Shown: positions 26,862 through 35,637, counted from the first letter of the stretch. The stretch is DNA of 64,000 nucleotides from Vulcanimicrobiota bacterium (GCA_963733295.1 CAVTCS010000015.1:1038-65037), one strand, 5' to 3'. Notes: generated by a model not told the origin, from the sequence alone. A program made the numbers and translations.

Positions 26862-28015
26862 ATTACTACAACCGACATCGCACCGCCGCCGGCGGAAGAC
26901 CTCGAAGAAGACCAGCTCGCGCTCGAACAGCGCATGTACGAAGAGAGCCTCAAGGTTCTCGATGAAGGTCAGGTCCTCGTCGGCCTCATCGTCGCGAAGT
27001 ATCAGGACGAGCTGCTCGTCGACATCGGCGGCAAGTCCGAAGGGGTACTCAGTTTCCGCGAGCTTTCGCTCGCCGATCGATCCCAAGGAACTTCACGTCG
27101 GCGACAAGCTCGAGGTGATGATCCACCGCATCGACGATCAGGACGGCACGCTGTTCCTCTCCGAGCGCCGGGCCCGCGCCCTCAAGACGTGGGAGAAGGT
27201 CATCGAAGCGCACGAGAACGACGAAGTGATCGAAGCGACCGTGACGCAGGTCGTCAAGGGCGGCGTCCTCGTCGACCTCGGCATGCGCGGGTTCGTTCCC
27301 GCCTCGCAGATCCGCCGTCAACCCGTCGGAAATCTCGACGAACTGGTCGGCAAGCATCTGCGGCTCAAGGTGATCGATCTCGATCACAAGCGTCATCGCG
27401 TGGTGCTCTCGCAGCGCCTGGTGCTCGAGGAAGAGCTCAACCTGAAGAAGTCGGAGCTGCTCGGCACGCTCGCGGTCGGACAGATCCGCGAAGGCGTCGT
27501 CGTTCGTCTAGCGGAGTTCGGCGCGTTCGTCGACCTCGGCGGCATCGACGGTCTCATCCACAACAGCGAGCTGTCGTACGCGCGCATCAAGCATCCGTCG
27601 CGAGGTCGTCAAGATCGGCGACATCGTTCAGGTCGAAGTAATGAAGTTCGATCCCGAGGCGAAGAAGGTCTCGCTTTCGCTCAAGCACGCGCTGCCCGAT
27701 CCGTGGATCGAGCACGCGGAGAAGCTCGTCGAAGGACAGCAAGCTCATCGCGCAAGTCGTCAAGGTCACGCCGAACTACCTGCTCGTCGAGATCGTCCCG
27801 GGCGTTCTCGCGATGGTGCCGAAGGGCGAATTCGAGCCGACGAGCTCAGTACAGTCCCGGGCGAAGAAGTCGAAGTGACGCTTCTGACGATCAACAGCGC
27901 GACGCGCCGCATCACCGGCTCGATTCAGCACGTCGCCGACATCCCGAGCGAAGAGCTCGCCGATCTCGGCGTCGAGGGCGACGTCGTCGCGGCCCTCGAG
28001 GCCGTCACCGAATAA
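26862..28015 (+). pseudogene. rpsA: 30S ribosomal protein S1 gene interrupted by four frameshifts
   Basis: S1-repeat sequence is spread over three frames. Frame 0 runs to about 27074 (...GKSEGVLSFRELSLA). Frame 1 covers 27076..27600 (IDPKELHVGDKLEV...SELSYARIKHPS). Frame 2 covers 27602..27739 (EVVKIGDIVQVEVMKFDPEAKKVSLSLK...VEGQ). Frame 0 covers 27741..27839 (KLIAQVVKVTPNYLLVEIVPGVLAMVPKGEFEP). Frame 2 runs from 27839 to the stop at 28013..28015 (DELSTVPGEEVEVTLL...). Start is ATG 26934 or an SD-positioned ATT at 26862. Confidence 0.85.
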
Positions 28016-28023
28016 CGGCGCGC

Positions 28024-28629
28024 GTGAAAGCGCGCATCGGGTTGAGCGGCGGCATCGGCTCGGGCAAGTCCGAGGTCGCCAAAATTTTTGCCGCGCGCGG
28101 GGCGCTCGTCATCGATGCCGACGAATTGGCGCGCGAGGCCGTCGCCGAGGGCAGCGAGGCTCTGCGCGCGATCGCCGCCCGTTGGCCGCAAGCGGTCAAC
28201 GGAGGACGGCTCGATCGAAGTGCGCTCGGGCGTATCGTCTTCAACGACGCCCAAGCCCGGGCCGAGCTCAACGCCATCGTGCATCCCGTCGTACGCCGCC
28301 TGGGGGCCGAACGCGAAGCGCAAGCTGCGCCCGGACAACTCGTGGTCCACGACGTTCCGCTGCTCTTCGAAGGCGACTTCTACCGCCGCTGCGATGCGAA
28401 CGTGCTGGTCGTCGCGCCGCTCCTACTCCGGATCGCGCGGACGATGGCCCGTACCGGGCTTTCGCGCCACGAGGTCGAACGCCGGATCGCCGCGCAGATC
28501 TCTCCCGGGCGGGCCCGCGCGCTGACCGACTTCACGATCGAAAACGACGGCACGCTCGAGGAGCTCCGCCGGCGCGCCGGCGACGTCTACGAAAGGCTCC
28601 TCGCACTCGAGCCATGGCCCCGCGGATGA
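28024..28629 (+). CDS. coaE: Dephospho-CoA kinase
   Basis: GTG at 28024. 201 aa with the P-loop GLSGGIGSGKS and ...VVHDVPLLFE... The listed ORF 26962..28629 runs through it only because no stop occurs in that frame. Confidence 0.88.
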   Translation: MKARIGLSGGIGSGKSEVAKIFAARGALVIDADELAREAVAEGSEALRAIAARWPQAVNGGRLDRSALGRIVFNDAQARAELNAIVHPVVRRLGAEREAQAAPGQLVVHDVPLLFEGDFYRRCDANVLVVAPLLLRIARTMARTGLSRHEVERRIAAQISPGRARALTDFTIENDGTLEELRRRAGDVYERLLALEPWPRG

Positions 28630-28663
28630 AACTTCGCCGGGTTCCGGCGAATATACGACTCTC

Positions 28664-29260
28664 ATGGATGCCAGCCAGTTCGCCACCGCGTATGCGCTCA
28701 GCACCAGCGTCGGCCTTCGGCCGTTCCTGACGCTGGCGCTTGCCGCGCTCGCGATCCACTTCGGCTACCTGCATCCGGTGATGCGCTTCGACTTCTTAGG
28801 GAGCGACGGTGCGGCGATCGTGCTGGGGATCTTGGCCCTCATCGAATTTTTCGCCGACAAGGTTCCTTACGTCGACCATATGGTGCACGTGCTGCACTTC
28901 GCGGCCAAACCGATCGCCGCGGCGGTGCTCGTCGGCAGCATCATTCCCGACGGCTCGACGCCCGATCTCGCAACGACTGGCTTGATGGCGCTCGGCGCGG
29001 CGAACGCGCTCGGCGTTCACGGTGGCGTCGCGGCGCTACGCGGCGCGTCGACCGCAACGACGGGCGGACTCGGCAATCCGGTGCTCAGTCTCATCGAGGA
29101 CGTCATCGCGGTGGTCGGGGTCGTCATCGCCTTCGTCGCGCCGTTTCTCGGCGCGGCACTCGCCGTCGTCCTGACGATCGTCGCGCTCTTCTGCATCCGC
29201 GGCTTCGTGCTCGCGCTGCGGCACGGCAACTCGACGGTCGCGCCGGGTCCACTGACCTAG
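28664..29260 (+). CDS. DUF4126-like integral membrane protein
   Basis: 198 aa with Gly/Ala-rich TM helices and FFADKVPYVDH, the motif typical of DUF4126. Confidence 0.6.
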   Translation: MDASQFATAYALSTSVGLRPFLTLALAALAIHFGYLHPVMRFDFLGSDGAAIVLGILALIEFFADKVPYVDHMVHVLHFAAKPIAAAVLVGSIIPDGSTPDLATTGLMALGAANALGVHGGVAALRGASTATTGGLGNPVLSLIEDVIAVVGVVIAFVAPFLGAALAVVLTIVALFCIRGFVLALRHGNSTVAPGPLT

Positions 29261-29267
29261 CTCGCCG

Positions 29268-29585
29268 CTAGCGAGTCCGCCCGCTTTGCGCCAATTCGCG
29301 AGGACGGACCTCGCGTTCGATTTTGCTCTTGAGTTTGTCTGCTGCGATGTCGAGATCGTAGCGCGCCTGTAGGTTGACCCAGAGCTGCGCCGATGTGCCG
29401 AAGAATTGCGCGAGTCGTAGCGCCGTCTCAGCCGTGATCGAACGCCGGCCGTGAACGATCTCGCCGATGCGCGCCGGCGTGACGCGAAGTTCCATCGCTA
29501 GACGATTTGCCGTAAGATCCATCGGCTTCATGAACTCCTCAAGGAGAATCTCGCCTGGATGCGGTGGAGAAATCTTCGGACTCAT
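29268..29585 (-). CDS. higA: HigA-family antitoxin (XRE helix-turn-helix)
   Basis: 105 aa. PHPGEILLEEFMKPMDLTANRLAMELRVTPARIGEIVHGRRSITAETALRLAQFFGTSAQLWVNLQ is the canonical HigA/VapI signature. Confidence 0.88.
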   Translation of the reverse strand: MSPKISPPHPGEILLEEFMKPMDLTANRLAMELRVTPARIGEIVHGRRSITAETALRLAQFFGTSAQLWVNLQARYDLDIAADKLKSKIEREVRPRELAQSGRTR

Positions 29586-29597
29586 ACCTTCCCTGCC

Positions 29598-29876
29598 TTA
29601 GTGATAATCGGCGATCTCAACGTCGTACGCGTCCCCGTTGTTCCAGCGAAAGCAGATGCAGTACTGTTCGTTGATACGGATGCTATGTTGACCCTGGCGG
29701 TCTCCCCGAAGCTTCTCGAGGCGGTTGCCGAATGGCACGCTAAGATCGTCTAGCTTATTCGCGGCATCGAGAAGGCGCAACTTAAGGATCGCCGGTCGCT
29801 CGATAGCTTGAAACTTCCGAATGCGTTCGCGGTTGGCGAATCGTTCCGTATTTCTGTCAGCGTAGCTGCGAATCAC
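29598..29876 (-). CDS. higB: HigB-family toxin (RelE/ParE superfamily mRNA interferase)
   Basis: 92 aa immediately upstream of higA. LEKLRGDRQGQHSIRINEQYCICFRW is typical of plasmid-maintenance killer HigB. GTG start. Confidence 0.85.
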   Translation of the reverse strand: MIRSYADRNTERFANRERIRKFQAIERPAILKLRLLDAANKLDDLSVPFGNRLEKLRGDRQGQHSIRINEQYCICFRWNNGDAYDVEIADYH

Positions 29877-29951
29877 CCGGTGTCAGCATATACCGAGGAG
29901 CGATATTCGTCAAGCGATAAGGCGCGCGCAGGATTTGCGTCCGAGGCGTTT

Positions 29952-31244
29952 CTAGATGACCTCCTCGTGGCCGGGCGACTCAAGGCCTGAGTGACGCGTC
30001 TTCTCGCCTTTGAAAAACGGTATCAGTGCGAGTAGTTGGTCGATGCGATCAGAAACAAACGGCAACTCGTCGTGAAGCAACGACCGCTTCCGTGGCCAAA
30101 TCGAATGAATTCGGTCTCGCATCTCGCGCGCAGCCGTCCGTACGATTCGCGGCGATAGGTCCGCGCGTTTGGCGAATTGCTCGAAGACGTCATCATCGAT
30201 GCCGGAGAACGCTTTGACGCCTCCGAGATCCAACGCAAGCTCATTGCGACCGGCAATCGAATAGGCGCTAGCGCAAAGGTAGTCGTACGCGGGAGCGAGC
30301 GCGGGGGTTCGCGCATCCCGGTAGATGAGCGACCAATTTTTGAGATGCATGTCCGTGTTGCCAATCGCTATGGTGAAGACGAGACGCTTCACAAAGTCCC
30401 GAAGCGCCTCAACGCCCATCCAACGATAGATGTCGCGCGCCATCTCGTTGTAGTCGTGGTTATCGTACTTGTCGCTCGGGTACTGCCGGTAGACCTGATT
30501 GAAGTCTTCAATATGGATACGATTCGCGCTATCAACACGATCGAATCTTCGGATCGCGAATGCCTTCGTCTCGTTCGTCCGAGGGATGTCGGCCGGCACT
30601 CCATCGATATCTGCAAGTTCGAAAATACGGCACTCCGGGACGTCCAAGCCGACTTCTCGTGCGAACTCCATCATCGCGTACTCGTTTTCCGGCACGCGTT
30701 GAAAATGCAGCGAGGGTAACTTCACGATATAGTCGCCATCTCGGCCCGAAACGGGAATCGTCAGTCCTCCGGTCGCGTTACGCATCGCGCTGAATTTGAG
30801 CTGCACGCCGGCAAGCGAGAACCGGAAGATTCGATCGGGGGGAGTCATCATTCGAGGACCTCCCGCCGCGAGGGGCGGGAGCGGGCGCCCCTCAAGGTCG
30901 CGAACGGTTACCGCTCCCGGCAAATCGCCTCCGGTAAGCCAGAGGAGCGCGAGATCGTCGCGGCGATCGATGCCGGCGTGCTCGGCGATGTACGCACGCA
31001 GATCTCCCTCCGGCAAGAGATTTGCGAAGAATGGTATGATGCGACCGACGCGACCGGGACGTACGCGCAACCGTCCGTAGGCGTCTATGAAACCCTGGGT
31101 CAACCTTGGACGCGTATCGTTTTCGATGTACGAATCGTCGAAGGTAAAGACGGTCTGCTGACCCTGCAACGCAACGATCGTACCGACGAGAACGTCGCGC
31201 AGGAACACTTGCAGAACCGTTGGGGTGTCCGGCATCGTCACCAC
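29952..31244 (-). CDS. hipA: HipA-family serine/threonine kinase toxin
   Basis: 430 aa. Has a HipA N-terminal coupling domain, the P-loop-like FSLAGVQLKFSA, the catalytic loop IGNTDMHLKNWSL and a downstream APAYDYL. Confidence 0.88.
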   Translation of the reverse strand: MVTMPDTPTVLQVFLRDVLVGTIVALQGQQTVFTFDDSYIENDTRPRLTQGFIDAYGRLRVRPGRVGRIIPFFANLLPEGDLRAYIAEHAGIDRRDDLALLWLTGGDLPGAVTVRDLEGRPLPPLAAGGPRMMTPPDRIFRFSLAGVQLKFSAMRNATGGLTIPVSGRDGDYIVKLPSLHFQRVPENEYAMMEFAREVGLDVPECRIFELADIDGVPADIPRTNETKAFAIRRFDRVDSANRIHIEDFNQVYRQYPSDKYDNHDYNEMARDIYRWMGVEALRDFVKRLVFTIAIGNTDMHLKNWSLIYRDARTPALAPAYDYLCASAYSIAGRNELALDLGGVKAFSGIDDDVFEQFAKRADLSPRIVRTAAREMRDRIHSIWPRKRSLLHDELPFVSDRIDQLLALIPFFKGEKTRHSGLESPGHEEVI

Positions 31245-31528
31245 TCGTCGCCGGCGATTGGCGGCGTCTCGGGCGCATCGCTCACCTTCATGACGGTCTC
31301 GACGGCTGTCATGCGCTCGCGCGGGACGAGGACGGGTTGAAGATCAAGTGCTTGGCTCAGTCCAAGCACGATGGACCAAGTCGGATTTATCTTGCCCGAT
31401 TCGATCCGCGCGACGGTTGAACGCGGGACGCCAACCGTTGCCGCGACCCAGGCCGCGCTCTTGCCCAGCTCTTTACGGCGATCGCTCAGGACCCGTCCAA
31501 TCGCCGTGGTGTTGCGTATAAGCCTCAT
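31238..31528 (-). CDS. hipB: HipB-like XRE-family antitoxin/repressor
   Basis: HTH segment GKSAAWVAATVGVPRSTVARIESGKINPTWSIVLGLSQAL. 7-nt overlap with hipA. I prefer the ATG at 31528 (MRLIRNT...) over the listed 31567 because palindromic operator-like sequence surrounds it. Confidence 0.75.
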   Translation of the reverse strand: MRLIRNTTAIGRVLSDRRKELGKSAAWVAATVGVPRSTVARIESGKINPTWSIVLGLSQALDLQPVLVPRERMTAVETVMKVSDAPETPPIAGDEW

Positions 31529-31555
31529 TTCGCCCGTATAGTAGCATATACGCAA
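31512..31555 (-). promoter_or_regulatory. Candidate HipB operator (inverted repeats around the hipB start)
   Basis: TTGCGTATA (31512..31520) and TATACGCAA (31547..31555) are perfect 9-nt inverted arms. A third half-site, CGTATA, lies at 31535..31540. The stretch is AT-rich. Confidence 0.4.
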
Positions 31556-31594
31556 CATAGAGGTCAAACATCAAGACCTGCGCTTCGAAAACGG

Positions 31595-33178
31595 TCACCC
31601 GCGTCCGCCGCGCAGCACCCGGCCGGGCAGTGCGCCTGTCGGGGTGCCGTCGCGTACGACGGTGCGGCCGTTGACCCAGACGCGCTCGAGGCCGATCGGG
31701 TACGCGTATGGGTGCTCGTAGGTCGCCGTATCGCGGATGGTCGCGGGATCGAAAAGCACGAGATCCGCGAAGGCTCCCTTTTCGAGCCGGCCGCGTCCGG
31801 CGAGACCGAAGATGTCGGCGGGGAGCGAGGTCATGCGCCGGACCGCTTCGGCGAGTTCGAGCGTGTGACGCCCGCGCACGAAGCGTCCGAAAACTCGCGG
31901 GAACGTTCCGAAGGTTCGCGGGTGCGGATAACCTTGCGCCGTGATGCCGCTTTTCGCGCGAGCCGACGCGTCGCTGCCGATACAGCTGAACGGCGCGCTC
32001 AGAACCGCGGCGACGTCGTCTTCACTCATGTTGAAGAAAATCGCTTGCACGTCGAGGCGTTCTTCGCGCAGCAGTTGCAGCGCGGCGCGCGCCGGCGAAA
32101 GGCGCACGCGCGCCGCGTACTCGTCGAGCCGCTGACCCTGCGCGTCGGCGTTGCGCTCGCTGCCGACCGTCGTCAGCAAGATGTCGTTCCACTCGCCGCC
32201 GCGATCGAGTTCGAGGCGCAGTGCGAGCGCCGCTGCGGTCGCGGGATCGGCCAGCCGTTCGAGCGTGGCTTCGCGTCCGCCGTCGCGCGCGTCGTCCGGC
32301 AGGATCGTATCGAGATCGGTCCAGCTCGCGACGTACGGGTAAAGATCCGCGTGAGCCGGAAAGCCCGCCGCGCGGGCGCGCTCGATCGCCGCCAGCGAGC
32401 GGTGGACTTTGCCCCAGTTTTTCTTTCCGGCGGCTTTGTGGTGAGAGAACTGAACCGCGACGCCGGCCCGCCGTCCGACGTCGAGCGCTTCGGCGACCGC
32501 TTCGAGCAATTCGTCGCCTTCGCTGCGCAGGTGCGAGACGTAGCGTGCCGCGCCGCCTTCACGCGCGGCGGCGGCGCAGGCCGCGAGTTCGCGCAGATCG
32601 GCGTAGCGCGAAGGGGTGTAGATCAAGCCGCTCGACACTCCGACGGCCCCTTGCTCGATTGTATTCCGAACGAGCGTGATCTCGGCTTCGAGTTCGCGCT
32701 CGTCGAGGCGTCCGGGGACGTCGCCGCGCACGCAGCGCCGGATCGTGCCGAGCCCGGCGAGGCTCGCGACGTTCAGCGCGACCCCCGTTCGCTCGACGAG
32801 TTCGAAGAAACCCGCGAGATCGGACCATTCGGGCTCGAGGCCGAGCGGCCGCAAACTCTCGCGCCGCAGTTCGAGCGCCGTGCCCGTCAACGGCGCGACG
32901 GAGCTACCGCAGTTGCCGCCGATTTCAGTTGTGACGCCTTGCACGATTTTGCCGTCGCAACGCGGATTTGCGAGCCACAGCTCGTCGCTGTGGGAATGAA
33001 CGTCGATGAAGCCGGGCGCGAGTGCGAGGCCCCGCCCGTCGACCTTTTCGTGCGCGTCGCGCTCGGAGAGATCCCCAATCAGGGCGATTCTGTCGTCCAC
33101 GAGGGCCAAATCCGTGCGGACCGGAACACCTCCGGAACCGTCGTACAGGTCCGCGCCTTCGACAATTAGTCCGATCAT
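31595..33178 (-). CDS. N-acyl-D-amino-acid deacylase (D-aminoacylase), amidohydrolase superfamily
   Basis: 527 aa. Metal-binding FIDVHSHSD near the N-terminus, with overall length and C-terminal beta-sandwich segment typical of D-aminoacylases. Confidence 0.8.
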   Translation of the reverse strand: MIGLIVEGADLYDGSGGVPVRTDLALVDDRIALIGDLSERDAHEKVDGRGLALAPGFIDVHSHSDELWLANPRCDGKIVQGVTTEIGGNCGSSVAPLTGTALELRRESLRPLGLEPEWSDLAGFFELVERTGVALNVASLAGLGTIRRCVRGDVPGRLDERELEAEITLVRNTIEQGAVGVSSGLIYTPSRYADLRELAACAAAAREGGAARYVSHLRSEGDELLEAVAEALDVGRRAGVAVQFSHHKAAGKKNWGKVHRSLAAIERARAAGFPAHADLYPYVASWTDLDTILPDDARDGGREATLERLADPATAAALALRLELDRGGEWNDILLTTVGSERNADAQGQRLDEYAARVRLSPARAALQLLREERLDVQAIFFNMSEDDVAAVLSAPFSCIGSDASARAKSGITAQGYPHPRTFGTFPRVFGRFVRGRHTLELAEAVRRMTSLPADIFGLAGRGRLEKGAFADLVLFDPATIRDTATYEHPYAYPIGLERVWVNGRTVVRDGTPTGALPGRVLRGGRG

Positions 33179-33258
33179 GCAAGTTTAAGCCCGAGCGCTC
33201 TGGGTACGAGCTTAGCGTTCGCCATGCTGTTCGCCGTAGAGCGAAGGGGTTCTAACAC

Positions 33259-33582
33259 ATGCCTGACGATTCGGCTAAGCCCAGCCCCGATGACAAATCG
33301 GGCGGAGAAATGTCCGTCCGCGAAGCCGGCAAGAAGGGTGGAGACACCGTTCGCGAGCGTTATGGTTCCGGCTTCTACGAAGCGATCGGGCGCAAGGGGG
33401 GCCAAGCCACCCGCGAGCGTCACGGTGCGCAGTTTTATGAGGCAATCGGCCAAAAAGGCGGCAAGGTCGTCAAGGAAAAGTACGGCAGCGATTTCTACGA
33501 GGAGATCGGGCACAAGGGCGGCCAGAAAGTCAAACGGCTGATCGCCGAAGCCAAGAAGAGCCTCGAAGAAAAGAAGGGCTGA
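33259..33582 (+). CDS. KGG-repeat general stress protein (YciG/GsiB-like)
   Basis: 107 aa with three repeats of the KGG stress motif: GKKGGDTVRERYGSGFYEAIGRKGGQATRERHGAQFYEAIGQKGGKVVKEKYGSDFYEEIGHKGGQK. Confidence 0.8.
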   Translation: MPDDSAKPSPDDKSGGEMSVREAGKKGGDTVRERYGSGFYEAIGRKGGQATRERHGAQFYEAIGQKGGKVVKEKYGSDFYEEIGHKGGQKVKRLIAEAKKSLEEKKG

Positions 33583-33592
33583 AGCCGCAACC

Positions 33593-34132
33593 TCACTTGA
33601 ACCGCACCGCGCCCCTCACGTGGTGTAATTCAAGTTGTCCGGTCGCGACGTTGAACTCCATGCTCCCGATGACAAGCGGCTTCTCAGCTCCGCTGCGGAT
33701 CGTTATCTTCTGCGGCAAGCTCAATTTTTGCGAGCCGTCGCTCCAGCTCGCGGAAGTCGTATCGAACGAACGTTTCGGTGGAGCGACCATCTCGACGTGA
33801 ATCGGTCCGGTCGCCATGAAGTCGTGGGTGATCGTGTTGACCGTGAGGTGCTTGGCGCGGACGCGTAGGTACGGTTTGCCGTGCTTGTAGATGACGCCGT
33901 TGTGCACGCCGTCGAGGTCGAGTTCGGTTTGATCGGGGCTCGTTACGATCTTGTCGTAATCGGCGGACCACGATTTCGAGTCGATGCGCTGACCCGCCGC
34001 GTGGCCTCCGACGAACACCGCCGGCGCGCCGCTGGGCGGCGTAGGCAAATCCTCACGGCCCGAAAGGTACACGGCGATTGCGAGCCAGAGCCCGATTCCG
34101 AAAGCCGCGATCGTCACGAGCCGGCGGATCAT
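33593..34132 (-). CDS. Membrane-anchored periplasmic protein, LptC-like candidate
   Basis: 179 aa from the ATG at 34132 (ATGA overlap with the lnt stop). N-terminal TM helix IAAFGIGLWLAIAVYL, followed by a beta-rich domain. The upstream part of listed ORF 33593..35254 is Arg-rich. Confidence 0.4.
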   Translation of the reverse strand: MIRRLVTIAAFGIGLWLAIAVYLSGREDLPTPPSGAPAVFVGGHAAGQRIDSKSWSADYDKIVTSPDQTELDLDGVHNGVIYKHGKPYLRVRAKHLTVNTITHDFMATGPIHVEMVAPPKRSFDTTSASWSDGSQKLSLPQKITIRSGAEKPLVIGSMEFNVATGQLELHHVRGAVRFK

Positions 34133-35637
34133 TCCCGCGGGATCGGACGCCGACGCCAAGCGGCGGCCAGGATGCCGGCGTACGCGAGCACGAGCGCGAG
34201 CGGGATAGGTGCCGCGCCGAGCGCGGCGTAGAGCGTCGGCGCCGGTGCACCGATGACGCCGGTGACGATCGTCATTCGGTCGAGTTCGCTGCGCCGCGTG
34301 TAACGGCCGGTCGGCGCGATCAGGCCGCTGATTCCGGTCGAGGCCGCGCGCACGACCCAACTGCCTGTCTCGATCGCGCGCATCTGCGCGATCTGGGCGT
34401 GCTGGTACGGTCCCGCGGTCGTGCCGAACCAAGCGTCGTCGGTTGCGATGATCAACGCATCGGCACCGTCGCGCACGTCGTTGACGACGAGCCCGCTGAA
34501 GGCGGATTCCCAGCACACGACCGGTCCGAAGCGCATTCCGTGGACCGAGACGATGCCGCTGGTTTCGCCGCTGGAAAAGTGCGAGATGTTTTTCGCCCAG
34601 GGTATCCACGATAGCGCTCGCGCGAACGGCAAGTGTTCCGCGAAAGGCACGAGTTGCCGTTTGCGATACACGGAATCGAGACCACCGTCCGAGCGGAAAA
34701 AGTAGAGCACGTTGTAGTCGCCGTCGTCGCGCTGTTGCAGCGTTCCGACGACGAGTTCGGCGCCGGTCGTTTTGGCCAATGCCGCGAAACGCGCTTGCAG
34801 CCAAGGCACGCGATTGAGCGAGATCGGAATGACCGTCTCCGGCCAGACGATCAACTTGGGCCGTTCGGCCGCAGCTTGACGGGTGAGCTCGTCGTAACGC
34901 TCGAGCGCGTCGTAGAATGCGTCGGGCGTGAACTTGAGGCTTTGCGGAATGTTGCCTTGAATTGCCGCGACCTTGTAGACGGGAGCCGGCGCCCAGCGCG
35001 CGGGCCAGAACGCCCACGCTAGCGCGACGACGCCGAGGGCGCAGGTGCACGCCACGAACGCGTCGCGATAGGCCTCGCGCACCCCGCGCAAGCGAATCGC
35101 ATACGCCGCGTACGCCGCGAAGGTGCACAGGACGAACGTCAGCCCATAAGGGCCGACGAAGGCGGCGACCGGGGCGAGCGGCGAGTCGACTTGCGAATAC
35201 GCGAGCGTCGCGAAGGGGACGCCGAGCTGTCCCATACCTTCCGCGCGGAACCACTCCGCGAAGGCGAAGATCGCCGCGGCCGCGAGCGGTGCGAAAGCGC
35301 GCGGGGCGCGGCTCGAAGCGAACGCGACGAGCGCTCCGGCCAGTGCGAAGCCGAAGAAGCCGTCACCCACCGCCGGCCCGAGCGTTAAGAAAAAGCCGAA
35401 GGGCGCGATGAAGGCGCCCGCCGTCTCGCCGAACCAGGCGTAGCTGATGGAGAAATAGACCAGCCCCGCAAGCCAACCGATCCAGAAGGCACGCCGCGGC
35501 GAAACTCCAAACCAAGCCCAGAAGAGTCCCACCGCGCCCAGCGGTGCCAGTGCGACCCAGTTCGTCTTTGGCAACGCCAGCGCCATCGCCAGAGCGCCGG
35601 CCACAGCTAGCGCGAACGGAATCAGTGAGGAAACCAT
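34129..35637 (-). CDS. lnt: Apolipoprotein N-acyltransferase
   Basis: About 502 aa with an N-terminal multi-TM domain and a C-terminal nitrilase-like domain (VWPETVIP, catalytic VVCWESAF). Start taken at ATG 35637 (MVSSLIPFALAV...). Confidence 0.85.
   Translation of the reverse strand: MVSSLIPFALAVAGALAMALALPKTNWVALAPLGAVGLFWAWFGVSPRRAFWIGWLAGLVYFSISYAWFGETAGAFIAPFGFFLTLGPAVGDGFFGFALAGALVAFASSRAPRAFAPLAAAAIFAFAEWFRAEGMGQLGVPFATLAYSQVDSPLAPVAAFVGPYGLTFVLCTFAAYAAYAIRLRGVREAYRDAFVACTCALGVVALAWAFWPARWAPAPVYKVAAIQGNIPQSLKFTPDAFYDALERYDELTRQAAAERPKLIVWPETVIPISLNRVPWLQARFAALAKTTGAELVVGTLQQRDDGDYNVLYFFRSDGGLDSVYRKRQLVPFAEHLPFARALSWIPWAKNISHFSSGETSGIVSVHGMRFGPVVCWESAFSGLVVNDVRDGADALIIATDDAWFGTTAGPYQHAQIAQMRAIETGSWVVRAASTGISGLIAPTGRYTRRSELDRMTIVTGVIGAPAPTLYAALGAAPIPLALVLAYAGILAAAWRRRPIPRE

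Noticed and set aside
26769-27086. 105-aa minus-strand ORF overlapping the rpsA 5' region.
   Set aside because: It is antisense to clear S1-domain coding sequence and the rpsA leader. It has no SD and no recognisable features.
27060-27880. Programmed ribosomal frameshifting as the explanation for the rpsA frame changes.
   Set aside because: None of the four sites has a slippery heptamer, a homopolymer or an obvious downstream stimulatory structure. Four separate recoding events in both directions within 800 nt would be unprecedented. Indel errors or pseudogenisation are far more parsimonious.
29268-31567. Mobile genetic element (integrative island) carrying the TA modules.
   Set aside because: No integrase, transposase, tRNA target or flanking direct repeats could be found by eye. 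Only the compositional dip supports foreign origin, so it is reported as a TA islet rather than annotated as a mobile element.
33593-35254. 553-aa ORF spanning the LptC-like gene and most of lnt. Likewise the long N-terminal extensions of 40219..41451, 52868..54409, 14563..15501, 17087..17950, 23141..24430, 41606..42712, 55797..57056 and 50019..50885.
   Set aside because: Only the C-terminal portions have protein-like composition, signal peptides and motifs. The upstream parts are Arg/Pro-rich and overlap better-supported genes, so internal starts were used.
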